Notes: generated by a model not told the origin, from the letters alone. DNA of 32,000 nt from Promethearchaeota archaeon (GCA_030606485.1 JAUWGH010000004.1:60001-92000); one strand, 5' to 3'; counted from the stretch's first letter, positions 1 to 9,212 are shown. Numbers and translations: made by a program.

Positions 1-157
1 TTCCTTTTTTCTCCACTTCTCTAATTTTTTTTTCCACATTTTTATATTGGATATTATTCTTATTATTTTTAAATTATAAGCGAAATATTTTATTCTTTTT
101 TTTAAAAAGTAAAAAATAGAGTCAAAATTAATTAAAAGTTAAAAAGAGTCGAATTTT

Positions 158-2131
158 ATGTCTAAAGAAGAAAAAATGGATTCAATTTTAAAAGAGACAC
201 GGATTTTTAATCCAATCCCAGAATTTATGAAAACTGGACATGTTACTAGTATAGAACAATATAAAACAATGCATAAGGAGTCAATAGAAAATCCTGAAAA
301 GTTCTGGGGTGAGGTTGCAGAAACTTTAGATTGGTTTAAGAAATGGGATAAAGTTTGGGAAAGCACCGATACATTTCCTGGTAAATGGTTTAGTGGTGGA
401 AAACTTAATGTTAGTTATAATTGTATAGATAGACATATTAAAAATGGCAGGGGAGACCAAGTTGCAATAATTTGGGAGGGTGATGATGGAATAGAAAAAA
501 AATTTACGTTCATGGAGCTTCTTAAGCAAGTATCCAAAGTAGCAAATGCTATGAAAGCGGCAGGATTAAAAAAAGGTGATAGAATTGCCATTTGGTTGCC
601 AATGGTTCCTGAACTCGCTATCATTATGCTTGCATGTACTAGAATTGGAGTTATTCATTCTATTGTTTTTGGTGGATTTAGCAAAGAAGCGGTAAAAGAT
701 AGAATAGCAGATAGCGAAGCAAAATTATTATTTACTGTCGACAAAACTAAAAGATCTGGAAAGTTATATCCAATGAAAGAAGGTGCGGCTTTAATTATTG
801 ATCAATGCCCAACAATTGAGAAAGTAATTGTTGTTAAACGAGCTGGTGTAGAAGTTCCATGGGATGATGAAAAGGATATTTGGTATGATGATTTTATTGC
901 AAATCAATCAGAAGAATGTCCTTGTGAAGAAATGGATTCAGAAGACCCAATGTTTATTTTATATACAAGTGGTACGACTGGAAAACCAAAAGGAGTTCTT
1001 CATACAACTGCAGGATATTTGTTATTTACTTCATACTCACACAAAATCGTGTTCAACTATAAGGAAGGTGAAGTATGGTTTTGTACAGCAGATATTGGTT
1101 GGATTACTGGGCATAGTTATATAATCTATGGCCCATTGTGTAACGGAGCAACTACCGTAATGTTCGAAGGCGTACCCACATTTCCAGATGTTGATAGGTT
1201 TTGGGCAATTATAGAGAAGTACAAAGTAAATCAATTCTACACAGCCCCAACCGCTATTCGTTCTCTAATGAGATACGGGGATAAACCTGTTCTTAAACAT
1301 AATATTAACAGCCTAAAGGTCTTAGGAACAGTTGGAGAGCCAATTAATCCAGAAGCATGGCTCTGGTATTATAGGATTATTGGAAAGGAAAGATGCCCTA
1401 TCGTTGATACATATTGGTTAACGGAGAGTGGTGGATTTTTAATAACTCCTATATCTACTGCCACTCCAATGAAGCCAGGATCCTGTACACTTCCATTTTT
1501 TGGAATTAGTCTAAAAATCGTTGATATTGAGGAAGTAGAGGTTGAGGCAAATGAAGGGGGTTATTTAGTAATCCAGCAACCTTGGCCAGGTATGTTAAGA
1601 AATGTATGGGGTGATCCGGAGCGTTTTAAATCAACCTATCTTGAGAGATTTCCAAATAAATTTTTTACTGGTGATGGAGCACGCCGAGATGAAGACGGTT
1701 ATTACTGGATTCTAGGTCGGCTCGACGATGTTATAAAGGTTAGCGGGCATCGAATTGGAACAATGGAAATTGAAAGTGCTATTGTTAGTCATCCTAAAGT
1801 TGCTGAGGCAGCAGTTGCACCAATTCCACATGAGATAAAGGGACAAGCAATTTATGCTTATGTAACTTTAATGGAAGGAATTAAAAAAACAACAAAACTT
1901 AAAAGAGACATAGTTATGCATGTTAGAACAGAAATAGGTCCCGTTTTCCAGCCAGAGGTCATTCAATTCGCTGATACACTACCAAAAACAAGAAGTGGTA
2001 AAATAATGCGAAGGATTTTAAAAGCAATCGCTACAGGCTCGAGTGTTGGAAATATAACTACACTTGCAGATCCAAGTGTTGTTGATGAATTAATTAGAGA
2101 AAAGTTAAGAATGGAAGCAGAAGAACAATGA
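158..2131 (+). CDS. acsA: AMP-forming acetyl-CoA synthetase
   Basis: 657 aa; YTSGTTGKPKG AMP-binding motif, WFCTADIGWITGH, FFTGDGA, and the PKTRSGKIMRR acetylation-site loop. Confidence 0.97.
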   Translation: MSKEEKMDSILKETRIFNPIPEFMKTGHVTSIEQYKTMHKESIENPEKFWGEVAETLDWFKKWDKVWESTDTFPGKWFSGGKLNVSYNCIDRHIKNGRGDQVAIIWEGDDGIEKKFTFMELLKQVSKVANAMKAAGLKKGDRIAIWLPMVPELAIIMLACTRIGVIHSIVFGGFSKEAVKDRIADSEAKLLFTVDKTKRSGKLYPMKEGAALIIDQCPTIEKVIVVKRAGVEVPWDDEKDIWYDDFIANQSEECPCEEMDSEDPMFILYTSGTTGKPKGVLHTTAGYLLFTSYSHKIVFNYKEGEVWFCTADIGWITGHSYIIYGPLCNGATTVMFEGVPTFPDVDRFWAIIEKYKVNQFYTAPTAIRSLMRYGDKPVLKHNINSLKVLGTVGEPINPEAWLWYYRIIGKERCPIVDTYWLTESGGFLITPISTATPMKPGSCTLPFFGISLKIVDIEEVEVEANEGGYLVIQQPWPGMLRNVWGDPERFKSTYLERFPNKFFTGDGARRDEDGYYWILGRLDDVIKVSGHRIGTMEIESAIVSHPKVAEAAVAPIPHEIKGQAIYAYVTLMEGIKKTTKLKRDIVMHVRTEIGPVFQPEVIQFADTLPKTRSGKIMRRILKAIATGSSVGNITTLADPSVVDELIREKLRMEAEEQ

Positions 2132-2241
2132 TTTTTTAATTTTCAGTTTATTTTCTTATTATAATTGCAAATAAGACTTTTTTTTATATCCATAAAAAAG
2201 ATAGAAGGAAAATATATAAAAAAAATTTGAGAATTAAAATT

Positions 2242-2904
2242 TTACAACTTTTTATGACAGAACCACCAGTCGTAGCAGTCATACTTTTTAGGATTTTCTT
2301 CAGCAGTTTTTATATCTGAGGCAGGAGGGATAATCACTTCATCACCCAGCAATTCGTTATTAGGCCAATTTGCTGGCATTGCTACTTTTTCTCTATCTGC
2401 TATTTGTATAGCTTTAACTATTCTAAGAATTTCATCCATGTTTCGGCCAAGTTCTTGCGGATAATAAAGAATAAGTCTAATAATTCCATTAGGATCTACT
2501 AAGAAAACCGCTCTAACGGTATTGGAACCTTTACCGGGATGAATCATACCCAACGTCTGACTAACTTGACCATGATCTGCTATTATTGGAAAAGGGATCT
2601 CAACTTTTAAATTTTCTTTAATCCATTCTGCCCATTTGATATGGGAAAAAACTTGATCGATGGAAAGTCCTATTAATCTACATTTAAGCTCCTGAAATTG
2701 TTTATTTCGTTTTGCAAAAGCTACAAATTCAGTTGTACAGACAGGTGTAAAATCTCCTGGATGGCTGAACAAAATAAACCACCATTTTCCACCTTCATTA
2801 GCGTCATCCGGTAATTTTATCATTCCGTGCGTAGTTTTAACTTCCATTTCTGGAAATTTATCTCCAATTAAAGGTATTCCTATTGATTTTTCAGAACTAC
2901 TCAT
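2242..2904 (-). CDS. Peroxiredoxin, archaeal Prx6-type with C-terminal cysteines
   Basis: [12 protein letters not shown] peroxidatic motif, [27 protein letters not shown]-terminal CYDWWFC. Confidence 0.95.
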   Translation of the reverse strand: MSSSEKSIGIPLIGDKFPEMEVKTTHGMIKLPDDANEGGKWWFILFSHPGDFTPVCTTEFVAFAKRNKQFQELKCRLIGLSIDQVFSHIKWAEWIKENLKVEIPFPIIADHGQVSQTLGMIHPGKGSNTVRAVFLVDPNGIIRLILYYPQELGRNMDEILRIVKAIQIADREKVAMPANWPNNELLGDEVIIPPASDIKTAEENPKKYDCYDWWFCHKKL

Positions 2905-3130
2905 TATAATTTTTCACCATTTTTTGAATAATAATTCATTTAAAATAATTTATTTAACATTTTTATATATTGTTCTTACAAATTATTTATGAAAATAAAA
3001 TTAATAATAGCTAAAAAGACTTTAAAATAAGGAAAAAATAGAATTATTTATTTTTTATAAATATCTTTTATCTTCTTTTAATTAGGTTCCAAGAAAGATG
3101 AAAAAAAAATTTATTTTAAATTAATATTAT

Positions 3131-3523
3131 TTATTTGAATTTCCATAAACCGTGTAAATTACAGTATTCTCTAGCCCAGAGTCCCTCAGTATCTGCTACT
3201 ACAAATGTTGCTTTAGGTTCATCGCCTGGCTTAAGAAATTTTCTTTTATAGCAATTATCCTTGCAAATTAATTCAATCCATTCAATCCAATGCTCTTCAG
3301 TCATTGGATGAGCCATATTTGCAACAATTCCAATAGAAACAGTCACTTTATTCCCATCAATTTCTATATAAGGAATATGTTTTTCTCCTTTATAATCTGC
3401 AGTTTTAGATTCTATTAATTTCATATCTTGCCCGCAACATACAAGAGTACCACCTCCAGTATGAAGCATTTCAACAATATTACCACAAACTTCACATTTA
3501 TAAATTTCTTTTAATTGAGTCAA
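3131..3523 (-). CDS. dfx: Desulfoferrodoxin (two-iron superoxide reductase)
   Basis: Centre I CEVC...CC; centre II EKH, HPMTEEHWIEW, CNLHG. TTG start. Confidence 0.95.
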   Translation of the reverse strand: MTQLKEIYKCEVCGNIVEMLHTGGGTLVCCGQDMKLIESKTADYKGEKHIPYIEIDGNKVTVSIGIVANMAHPMTEEHWIEWIELICKDNCYKRKFLKPGDEPKATFVVADTEGLWAREYCNLHGLWKFK

Positions 3524-3604
3524 GATTCTCGCGCCTTTTCTTATATGTTTATTTATTGAATATTTTGATTTTAAAAATTATTTTCTAATAAATATTAAAA
3601 AAAT

Positions 3605-4189
3605 TTAAAATTCTTCACATTTTTTTCGGTAGTATGCTCTTGGATGATCACAAGCAGGGCACCTCCAATCTTCTGGTAATTCGTCCATCTCTACTTCATA
3701 ACCGCACTCCATACATACCCAAACAATCTTCTTCCCACGTTTGAAGAATGCATCATCACCGACTAGTTTTATAAGCTTACCATAGCGTTCTGAATGATGT
3801 TTTTCAGCACGAGCAATGGATCTCAATCTGGTAGCAATTTCTGGATATCCTTCCTTTTCTGCAATATCTGCAAATCCTGGATACATTTCCTGCCATTCAT
3901 AATCTTCTCCAGTAATTGCAGATTTTAAGTTTTCCTCGGTCGTTCCATAAGTTGTAGGTCCTGCAGCTTGAATTTCCAAATCATCAAAACTTTCTTCTTT
4001 TTTTAGATCTTGTAACATTCTATAATTCCATGTTGCGTGTTCTTTCTCTTGGTCAGCGGTTTCAATAAAAATTTTTGATATTAATACATATCCTTCTTTT
4101 TTTGCTATTTTAGAAAACATAGTATATCTCATTCTTGCTTGAGATTCACCCATAAAGGCAGCCATTAAATTTTGTACTGTTTTTTTCAT
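3605..4189 (-). CDS. rbr: Rubrerythrin
   Basis: Di-iron ligands GESQA, EKEH, GEDYE, EKHH; C-terminal rubredoxin-like CMECG...CPACDH. Confidence 0.95.
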   Translation of the reverse strand: MKKTVQNLMAAFMGESQARMRYTMFSKIAKKEGYVLISKIFIETADQEKEHATWNYRMLQDLKKEESFDDLEIQAAGPTTYGTTEENLKSAITGEDYEWQEMYPGFADIAEKEGYPEIATRLRSIARAEKHHSERYGKLIKLVGDDAFFKRGKKIVWVCMECGYEVEMDELPEDWRCPACDHPRAYYRKKCEEF

Positions 4190-4441
4190 TAGTTTTAACC
4201 CATCAATTTTATATTTGCTTTTAAATATTTCTTAAGAAATTTTAATTTTTAAATAATGATATTTCCGTTAATGTAAATATCTGCAGATTATATTTTAAAA
4301 ATTAAATTAAAAATTAACTTAAGATATAGGAATCTCTCCATCTAAATGTTTAATAATTTATTAAAGTTAAATGTGAAATTCTCATATTTGTTTTTTACCT
4401 CAAATAAAATTCATCAAAAATAAAAAATGAGATTAAAAAAC

Positions 4442-4747
4442 ATGTCCAAAAAAGAAAAAAGAGTGGTCTCACCAAACATATGTGCATGGGCTGATGATGA
4501 ACATAATATTAATCATATCGAAATAACCTTACATGGAGTAGAAAAGGATTAAATCTATTTAAAAATGCATGGAGATAGTTTCTTCATTAAAGAAGAAACA
4601 GAAGAATTATTATATATAGGGTCTTATGCAATATGTTGTCCCGTAAAACCCACAGAAGCAAAACCCAAATACAAAAATGGATTACTGAAAATTGATGTTC
4701 CTTTTAAGGATTTAATGAAAGATGCTATTGAAGTAAAAATCGAATAA
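4442..4747 (+). pseudogene. Hsp20/alpha-crystallin small heat-shock gene interrupted by an in-frame TAA (4550-4552)
   Basis: ATG 4442 reads MSKKEKRVVSPNICAWADDEHNINHIEITLHGVEKD*IYLK and continues in frame into the 4565..4747 ORF (…YKNGLLKIDVPFKD…IEVKIE). Matches the Hsp20 pattern IE(I)xLPGVxKEDIxL…AxYxNGLLxI. Confidence 0.75.
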
Positions 4748-4846
4748 TATATTTTCTTTTTTTATTTTGATTTTTAATAATAATCATTTTCTTTCCATAT
4801 TCGAGGAAATTAACCATTTTATTTTAGCAAATATAAAGAAATAAAA

Positions 4847-5002
4847 TTATTTTTTTTTCATTTTAACCTTATCTATCTGAAGTCCCGTTTCTCTGCTAGA
4901 TGGAAGAGCAGTACCACAATGGTTTTTTTGAGCTTCTTTTAATTTAAAAGTTCTTTCTAATTCCTCTTCTACTTCTTTATCAGTTAATTCTTTATTACTC
5001 AT
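4847..5002 (-). CDS. Small hypothetical protein (51 aa from ATG at 5002)
   Basis: MSNKELTDKEVEEELERTFKLKEAQKNHCGTALPSSRETGLQIDKVKMKKK; higher GC than its AT-rich flanks; co-oriented downstream of ferritin. Confidence 0.55.
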   Translation of the reverse strand: MSNKELTDKEVEEELERTFKLKEAQKNHCGTALPSSRETGLQIDKVKMKKK

Positions 5003-5133
5003 AATAATCAAACAGAAAATAGAAAATAAAAAGATCACGTTTAAGAATTATAAATCTAAATAAAAAAAATAATTAAAAAAAATAAGAAATCTTGAATATA
5101 AATTTTTTAATTTTAATATACATATTTTATTTT

Positions 5134-5622
5134 TTATTCTTCATCTCTGTGTAAATGATGATCCCACAGTGCATCATTTTTTCTCAAAAGAATATATGTA
5201 GCCAATAATTCATTAGATTGAGCCTCTTCTTCGATCTGTTCCTTAATAAACCATTGAAGCATTTCTATCGCTTCATATTCTTTTAATTCCATTGCCTTTT
5301 CTAATATTTTTTTTATTTCTCCTGTAATATATTCTTCATGTTCAATTGTAGCTTTAATGCAATCCTCTACGCCTTCAAAATCGGTTTTAACACCATCTAT
5401 TGTTTGATATTCCACATGACCTCCTGTTTCTATGATATAATTAACAAAACGTTCTGCATGTGTATATTCTTCTTTAGCTTGAGCATCAAACCACTTTGCC
5501 ATATTATGAAGCGATTTTTCCTCAGCCCATGTCGATATCCCTAAATAAATATACGCTGATCCTAATTCCTTCATAATCTGTGCATTCATTATTTCGTTTA
5601 TTTCTTTACTAATTAATACCAA
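5134..5622 (-). CDS. ftn: Ferritin (non-haem)
   Basis: Ferroxidase residues KELGSAYIY, EEYTH, EHEEYI, EQIEEE; TTG start preceded by GGTG. Confidence 0.93.
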   Translation of the reverse strand: MVLISKEINEIMNAQIMKELGSAYIYLGISTWAEEKSLHNMAKWFDAQAKEEYTHAERFVNYIIETGGHVEYQTIDGVKTDFEGVEDCIKATIEHEEYITGEIKKILEKAMELKEYEAIEMLQWFIKEQIEEEAQSNELLATYILLRKNDALWDHHLHRDEE

Positions 5623-5759
5623 TTTAATACACCTTAAATTGATGTTATTTTAATATGTATTAATTATTACTGGTTATTTTTTGTAATTTATTTTATATTA
5701 GTTATGTAGATAGAGAAAGATTTTTTACAAATTTATTATAATTTATAAATTTCTTAGTT

Positions 5760-6116
5760 CTAGATATTTTCTTCAGCTTTTCTTTGCAAATCAATTGGTC
5801 TCCTCTCAGGAACATTTACAAATTCCAAACCCTTTTCATAAAAATTTGAAGCTAAATATAAATTGCAATAACATGCCCCATATTCTATTATATCTGCTGG
5901 GGCATAATCACATGGACAAATTAAATCACGATCTAATTCCCTCTTTCCTGAAGCTAATCTACATGGACAAGATTGATATCCATATCTTAATTTATTATAT
6001 AATAATCCATCTATTAAATCCTTAAAAGTCTCTTTATCCTTATTAAGATTCCAATTATTGGTTTTAGCAACTTGCTTGCAATATTGAATCATCCCATCTT
6101 TAGTTGATAAATTCAT
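5760..6116 (-). CDS. Ferredoxin:thioredoxin reductase catalytic-subunit family protein
   Basis: Three-motif signature CPC…CPC…CYC (SCPCRLASG, DLICPCDY, ACYCNLY). Confidence 0.92.
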   Translation of the reverse strand: MNLSTKDGMIQYCKQVAKTNNWNLNKDKETFKDLIDGLLYNKLRYGYQSCPCRLASGKRELDRDLICPCDYAPADIIEYGACYCNLYLASNFYEKGLEFVNVPERRPIDLQRKAEENI

Positions 6117-6117
6117 T

Positions 6118-6447
6118 TCATACTCCCTCCCTTTTAATTAATTTTTTATATTTTTCTGGATCGTAACCAACGATAGGTTGATCGTCAACGATTAAAAAAG
6201 GAAAAGCAATTCTTTCTTTAAAGGCTTTTCTTAAACAATCTGAAATTTCTTTTTTTGTGTTTTTATCTATTTTATCTACATCGATAAATCTATACTTTAT
6301 ATTATTATCATTCAAATACTTTTTAGTTTTCTTACACCACATGCATGTACTTAAAGTAAATAATGAAATCTTTTGAGAAGTTTTATTTCCATCAACTATA
6401 TTAAATTCTTCTTTACAAAAATCGAACATAACATCAGCATTAGACAT
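6118..6447 (-). CDS. Glutaredoxin / NrdH-redoxin-like protein
   Basis: TLSTCMWCKKTK CxxC, IDVD, cis-Pro motif AFPFLIV, IVGYD; stop lies 1 nt before the FTR start. Confidence 0.9.
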   Translation of the reverse strand: MSNADVMFDFCKEEFNIVDGNKTSQKISLFTLSTCMWCKKTKKYLNDNNIKYRFIDVDKIDKNTKKEISDCLRKAFKERIAFPFLIVDDQPIVGYDPEKYKKLIKREGV

Positions 6448-6542
6448 TTTTTATTTTCTACTCTCATTTTAAAAATTGTTAATAATGATTATTTTTATTT
6501 TATAATCAATAAAATTAAAGTTTTTAATTATTATTTTTTCTT

Positions 6543-6773
6543 GTGGAGGTTTCAAATAACTGTTCAACGAAAACTTTTCATATTATTAACGAGAATAAAT
6601 GCTTAAAGTGTCAAACATTCGAATGTGAAAATGTATGCTTTAGAGGGATCTATAAAGTAATTAATAAGGATTTGGCACCAAAATGTGTTATTGTTAAAGA
6701 GAGAGAATCTTTCTGTGTGAAATGCCACCTTTGTACGACTGCATGTAAACACAAGGCAATTGAAATATTATAA
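6543..6773 (+). CDS. Dicluster-type ferredoxin (start codon uncertain)
   Basis: CLKCQTFECENVC (CxxCxxxxCxxxC) and CVKCHLCTTAC (CxxCxxCxxxC). The GTG start overlaps a GGAGGT SD-like site, so the true start is unclear. Confidence 0.8.
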   Translation: MEVSNNCSTKTFHIINENKCLKCQTFECENVCFRGIYKVINKDLAPKCVIVKERESFCVKCHLCTTACKHKAIEIL

Positions 6774-6868
6774 ACTTCCATTTAAACACATTTAAAATAT
6801 ATAAAAATTTTATTATTATCATTTACACTTTAAATTAATAATAGTAAATTTTGGAGTGAAAAAAGTAA

Positions 6869-7420
6869 ATGTTAAAACAAACTTTTAACGAGAAATTGGG
6901 GATTGATAATGATGATAAAAAGATAATAGAAATGCTCGAAGAGAATCCAGATTTAACGCACAGTTTTATTGCTGAGGAAATAGGTAAAAGCCAGCCTGCC
7001 ATTGGAGCAAGAATTCTAAAATTAGAACGAAAGCATCTTATAACTAAACAAGTTGGATTTAATCTTAGAAAAGTTGATTTAGATGTTGCGATTGTTCAAG
7101 TTTCCACACGAGATGTCGAAGAAGTTATAAAAAAAGTTAAGGATTGCCCATTTATAAATTACATCTTTCGTGTTTCTGGTGAATTTAATCTTATGATCTT
7201 TTTAGCTGCCTCATCTATTTCAATCATTGAGAAAATTGTTGATCTTTGTTTTAGGGGGGATGAGAATGTATTAAACGTAAAAACGAATTTTATCATTTCC
7301 GCAGAAAGAAGTTTCGTTATGCCCATTGATTTTAGGATTGAGAAATTTGATGGAAGTTCTTGCGGACCAAATTGTTATCTAAATAAAAATAGGCCAATAA
7401 TAAAGATTAAAAGAGATTAA
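6869..7420 (+). CDS. Lrp/AsnC-family transcriptional regulator with Cys-containing C-terminal tail
   Basis: IDxxDKKII HTH start, IAEEIGKSQPAIGARILKLE, RAM-domain SGEFNL; tail CGPNC; GGAGTGA SD upstream. Confidence 0.9.
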   Translation: MLKQTFNEKLGIDNDDKKIIEMLEENPDLTHSFIAEEIGKSQPAIGARILKLERKHLITKQVGFNLRKVDLDVAIVQVSTRDVEEVIKKVKDCPFINYIFRVSGEFNLMIFLAASSISIIEKIVDLCFRGDENVLNVKTNFIISAERSFVMPIDFRIEKFDGSSCGPNCYLNKNRPIIKIKRD

Positions 7421-7431
7421 ACCTTTTCAAT

Positions 7432-7965
7432 CTATGCATTAACTTTTTCAATTAGTCTTATACAATCTTCTCCACAACCTTCTTCTTTTGTGGGATTTTG
7501 ATCCTCTGATCTGAAATCCACCGGAAGGATTAAGTCCTTAGCAATGTCAACTACAATTTCCATTTTAACATTTGTTATGTTCTTATTGTTTCTGAAGTGA
7601 TAATTTACCATATTATCTAATTTATTCAAATTCGAGGCAGTGAGAAATAATAGGATATTTTCCTCGCCTGATAACTTAAAACAATTAATTATAAACGGGC
7701 AGACTTTCGCCATTTCAAAAATATCAACGGGATCTTTAGTCCTTAATGTCACCGATGCTAAAAATAGATCAACTTTCTTAAAATTGACACCTCTTTGCAT
7801 CTCCAGAAGTCCTTTTTCCTCCAATTTATGAATACGCATACCTACAGTAGGTTGGGATCTAGAAATTTTCTCTGCTATTTCCATATGTGTCAAAGTGGGG
7901 TTATTCTGCAACAAATCAATTATATTCCTGTCAACTTGGTCGATTCTAAATTTTGATTCAGTCAT
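7432..7965 (-). CDS. Lrp/AsnC-family transcriptional regulator with Cys-containing C-terminal tail (paralogue of 6869..7420)
   Basis: IDQVDRNII, IAEKISRSQPTVGMRIHKLE, SGEENI; tail CGEDC. Confidence 0.9.
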   Translation of the reverse strand: MTESKFRIDQVDRNIIDLLQNNPTLTHMEIAEKISRSQPTVGMRIHKLEEKGLLEMQRGVNFKKVDLFLASVTLRTKDPVDIFEMAKVCPFIINCFKLSGEENILLFLTASNLNKLDNMVNYHFRNNKNITNVKMEIVVDIAKDLILPVDFRSEDQNPTKEEGCGEDCIRLIEKVNA

Positions 7966-8140
7966 TTTATCTTGATCATTTTTTTTTAATTTTAAATTAA
8001 AATTCAGATACTTATAAAATATAAGTTAATGATTTCTAAAAAACTTTTAACATTTTTTTGTTGTATTCTTTAAAAAACTTTTATATTTTGATCATAATGA
8101 TTTTTTTTTTCACAGAGGATATTATCCGTAATTCCTTGAA

Positions 8141-9091
8141 TTATCTACTTGAAATAATGATTACTGCTATTAAAATTAGAATACCTCCGAATAATGGAAC
8201 CAAGATATTCTGCTCAATGCCTAAAACAAAAGAAAAAAGTAGAGTTAAGAAGGGTTCTGCATAAAGAAATGATGCGACCTTTGAGGCTTCAAGTTTTTTC
8301 ATACTTGATGCCCAAAGAATACCTCCAATTACACTTGCAATAATTGCAAGATAAGCAATATTTAAAATAACATAAGGATTCAAAAAGTTTTCAATAAATA
8401 TATCCAGTTCGCCCATAAATATAACAAATAGGAATAATTCAAGAGTTCCAATGTATATTACATAACGCATGATTTGAATGGGTGTTAATTTTTTTGTTAA
8501 TTTCTTCAGAAGGATTGAATAAACAGCCCAAATAATTGGTTGGCTGATACCAAGAATATTTCCAAAAAAGTTTTCAGAAAATAGATTTAAATTATTTAAG
8601 TCGCCACGTGACATTAGTATTAATGTGCCTATTGTTGCTAAGATAAAACCAATAATTTTAAGAGAATCTAATTTTTCATTGAAATAAATTATTGATAATA
8701 TTGTAATGAAGATTGGGGATAATAAACATACTAATAAGGCAGATGTTGAAGGACCAATCAATTCTATTGCATTGTATTGGACAACATAAAAAAGAAAGCC
8801 TCCAAGAAAGCTGCAAGCTAAAATTAAAATATAATATTTTTTACTTGAATTTGAATTTCTTATAATCTCTTCATTATTCTTATAAATCTCCTGATCATTT
8901 TTCATAAAACTATTCTTTTTTTTCCATATTTTTTCAAAAATTGTTATCAACAAGAGAGTAAAAGATGCAATTATGAACCGATAGAAAGCAATCGTAATTG
9001 GGGTTATAAATATCAATAGATTATCGACTATTATAAATGAGAAACTCCAAAATCCTATTATTATCCCTAATAGAACGTATTCTTTTTTCAT
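8141..9091 (-). CDS. EamA/DMT-family membrane transporter
   Basis: About 10 hydrophobic segments in two repeats; LSPIFITILSIIYFNEKL and EPFLTLLFSFVLG motifs. Confidence 0.9.
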   Translation of the reverse strand: MKKEYVLLGIIIGFWSFSFIIVDNLLIFITPITIAFYRFIIASFTLLLITIFEKIWKKKNSFMKNDQEIYKNNEEIIRNSNSSKKYYILILACSFLGGFLFYVVQYNAIELIGPSTSALLVCLLSPIFITILSIIYFNEKLDSLKIIGFILATIGTLILMSRGDLNNLNLFSENFFGNILGISQPIIWAVYSILLKKLTKKLTPIQIMRYVIYIGTLELFLFVIFMGELDIFIENFLNPYVILNIAYLAIIASVIGGILWASSMKKLEASKVASFLYAEPFLTLLFSFVLGIEQNILVPLFGGILILIAVIIISSR

Positions 9092-9195
9092 TGATGATAA
9101 GCAGATATATTAAAATAGTTAATTTAAACAAAGAAGAGTGGTTTAATACTTTTTATCTTGAATAGATATGTAAATGAAAATTCCATATTATGTCG

Positions 9196-9212
9196 ATATT
9201 ACACTGTAATAT
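9196..9212. promoter_or_regulatory. Perfect 8-1-8 palindrome ATATTACA-C-TGTAATAT in the eamA/ftsZ divergent intergenic region; candidate operator
   Basis: Read directly from the sequence, 45 nt upstream of the ftsZ ATG; function inferred only. Confidence 0.35.

Noticed and set aside
4227-4240. Palindrome ATTTCTTAAGAAAT upstream of rbr, whose 12-bp core recurs at 30927-30938 before the ABC ATPase
   Set aside because: At this AT content roughly 20 perfect 12-bp palindromes are expected in 32 kb and a repeated one is not improbable; it was not found upstream of the other redox genes.
5730-5755. PerR/Fur-box-like TTATAATTTATAA near the ferritin/FTR boundary
   Set aside because: The spacing differs from TTATAATnATTATAA, the sequence is pure AT, and no Fur-family gene is in the window.
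2242-6447. Possible selenocysteine in Prx, FTR or Grx (Asgard archaea are known to use Sec)
   Set aside because: All catalytic Cys are TGT/TGC codons; no in-frame TGA was found in these genes and no SECIS-like hairpin was evident.
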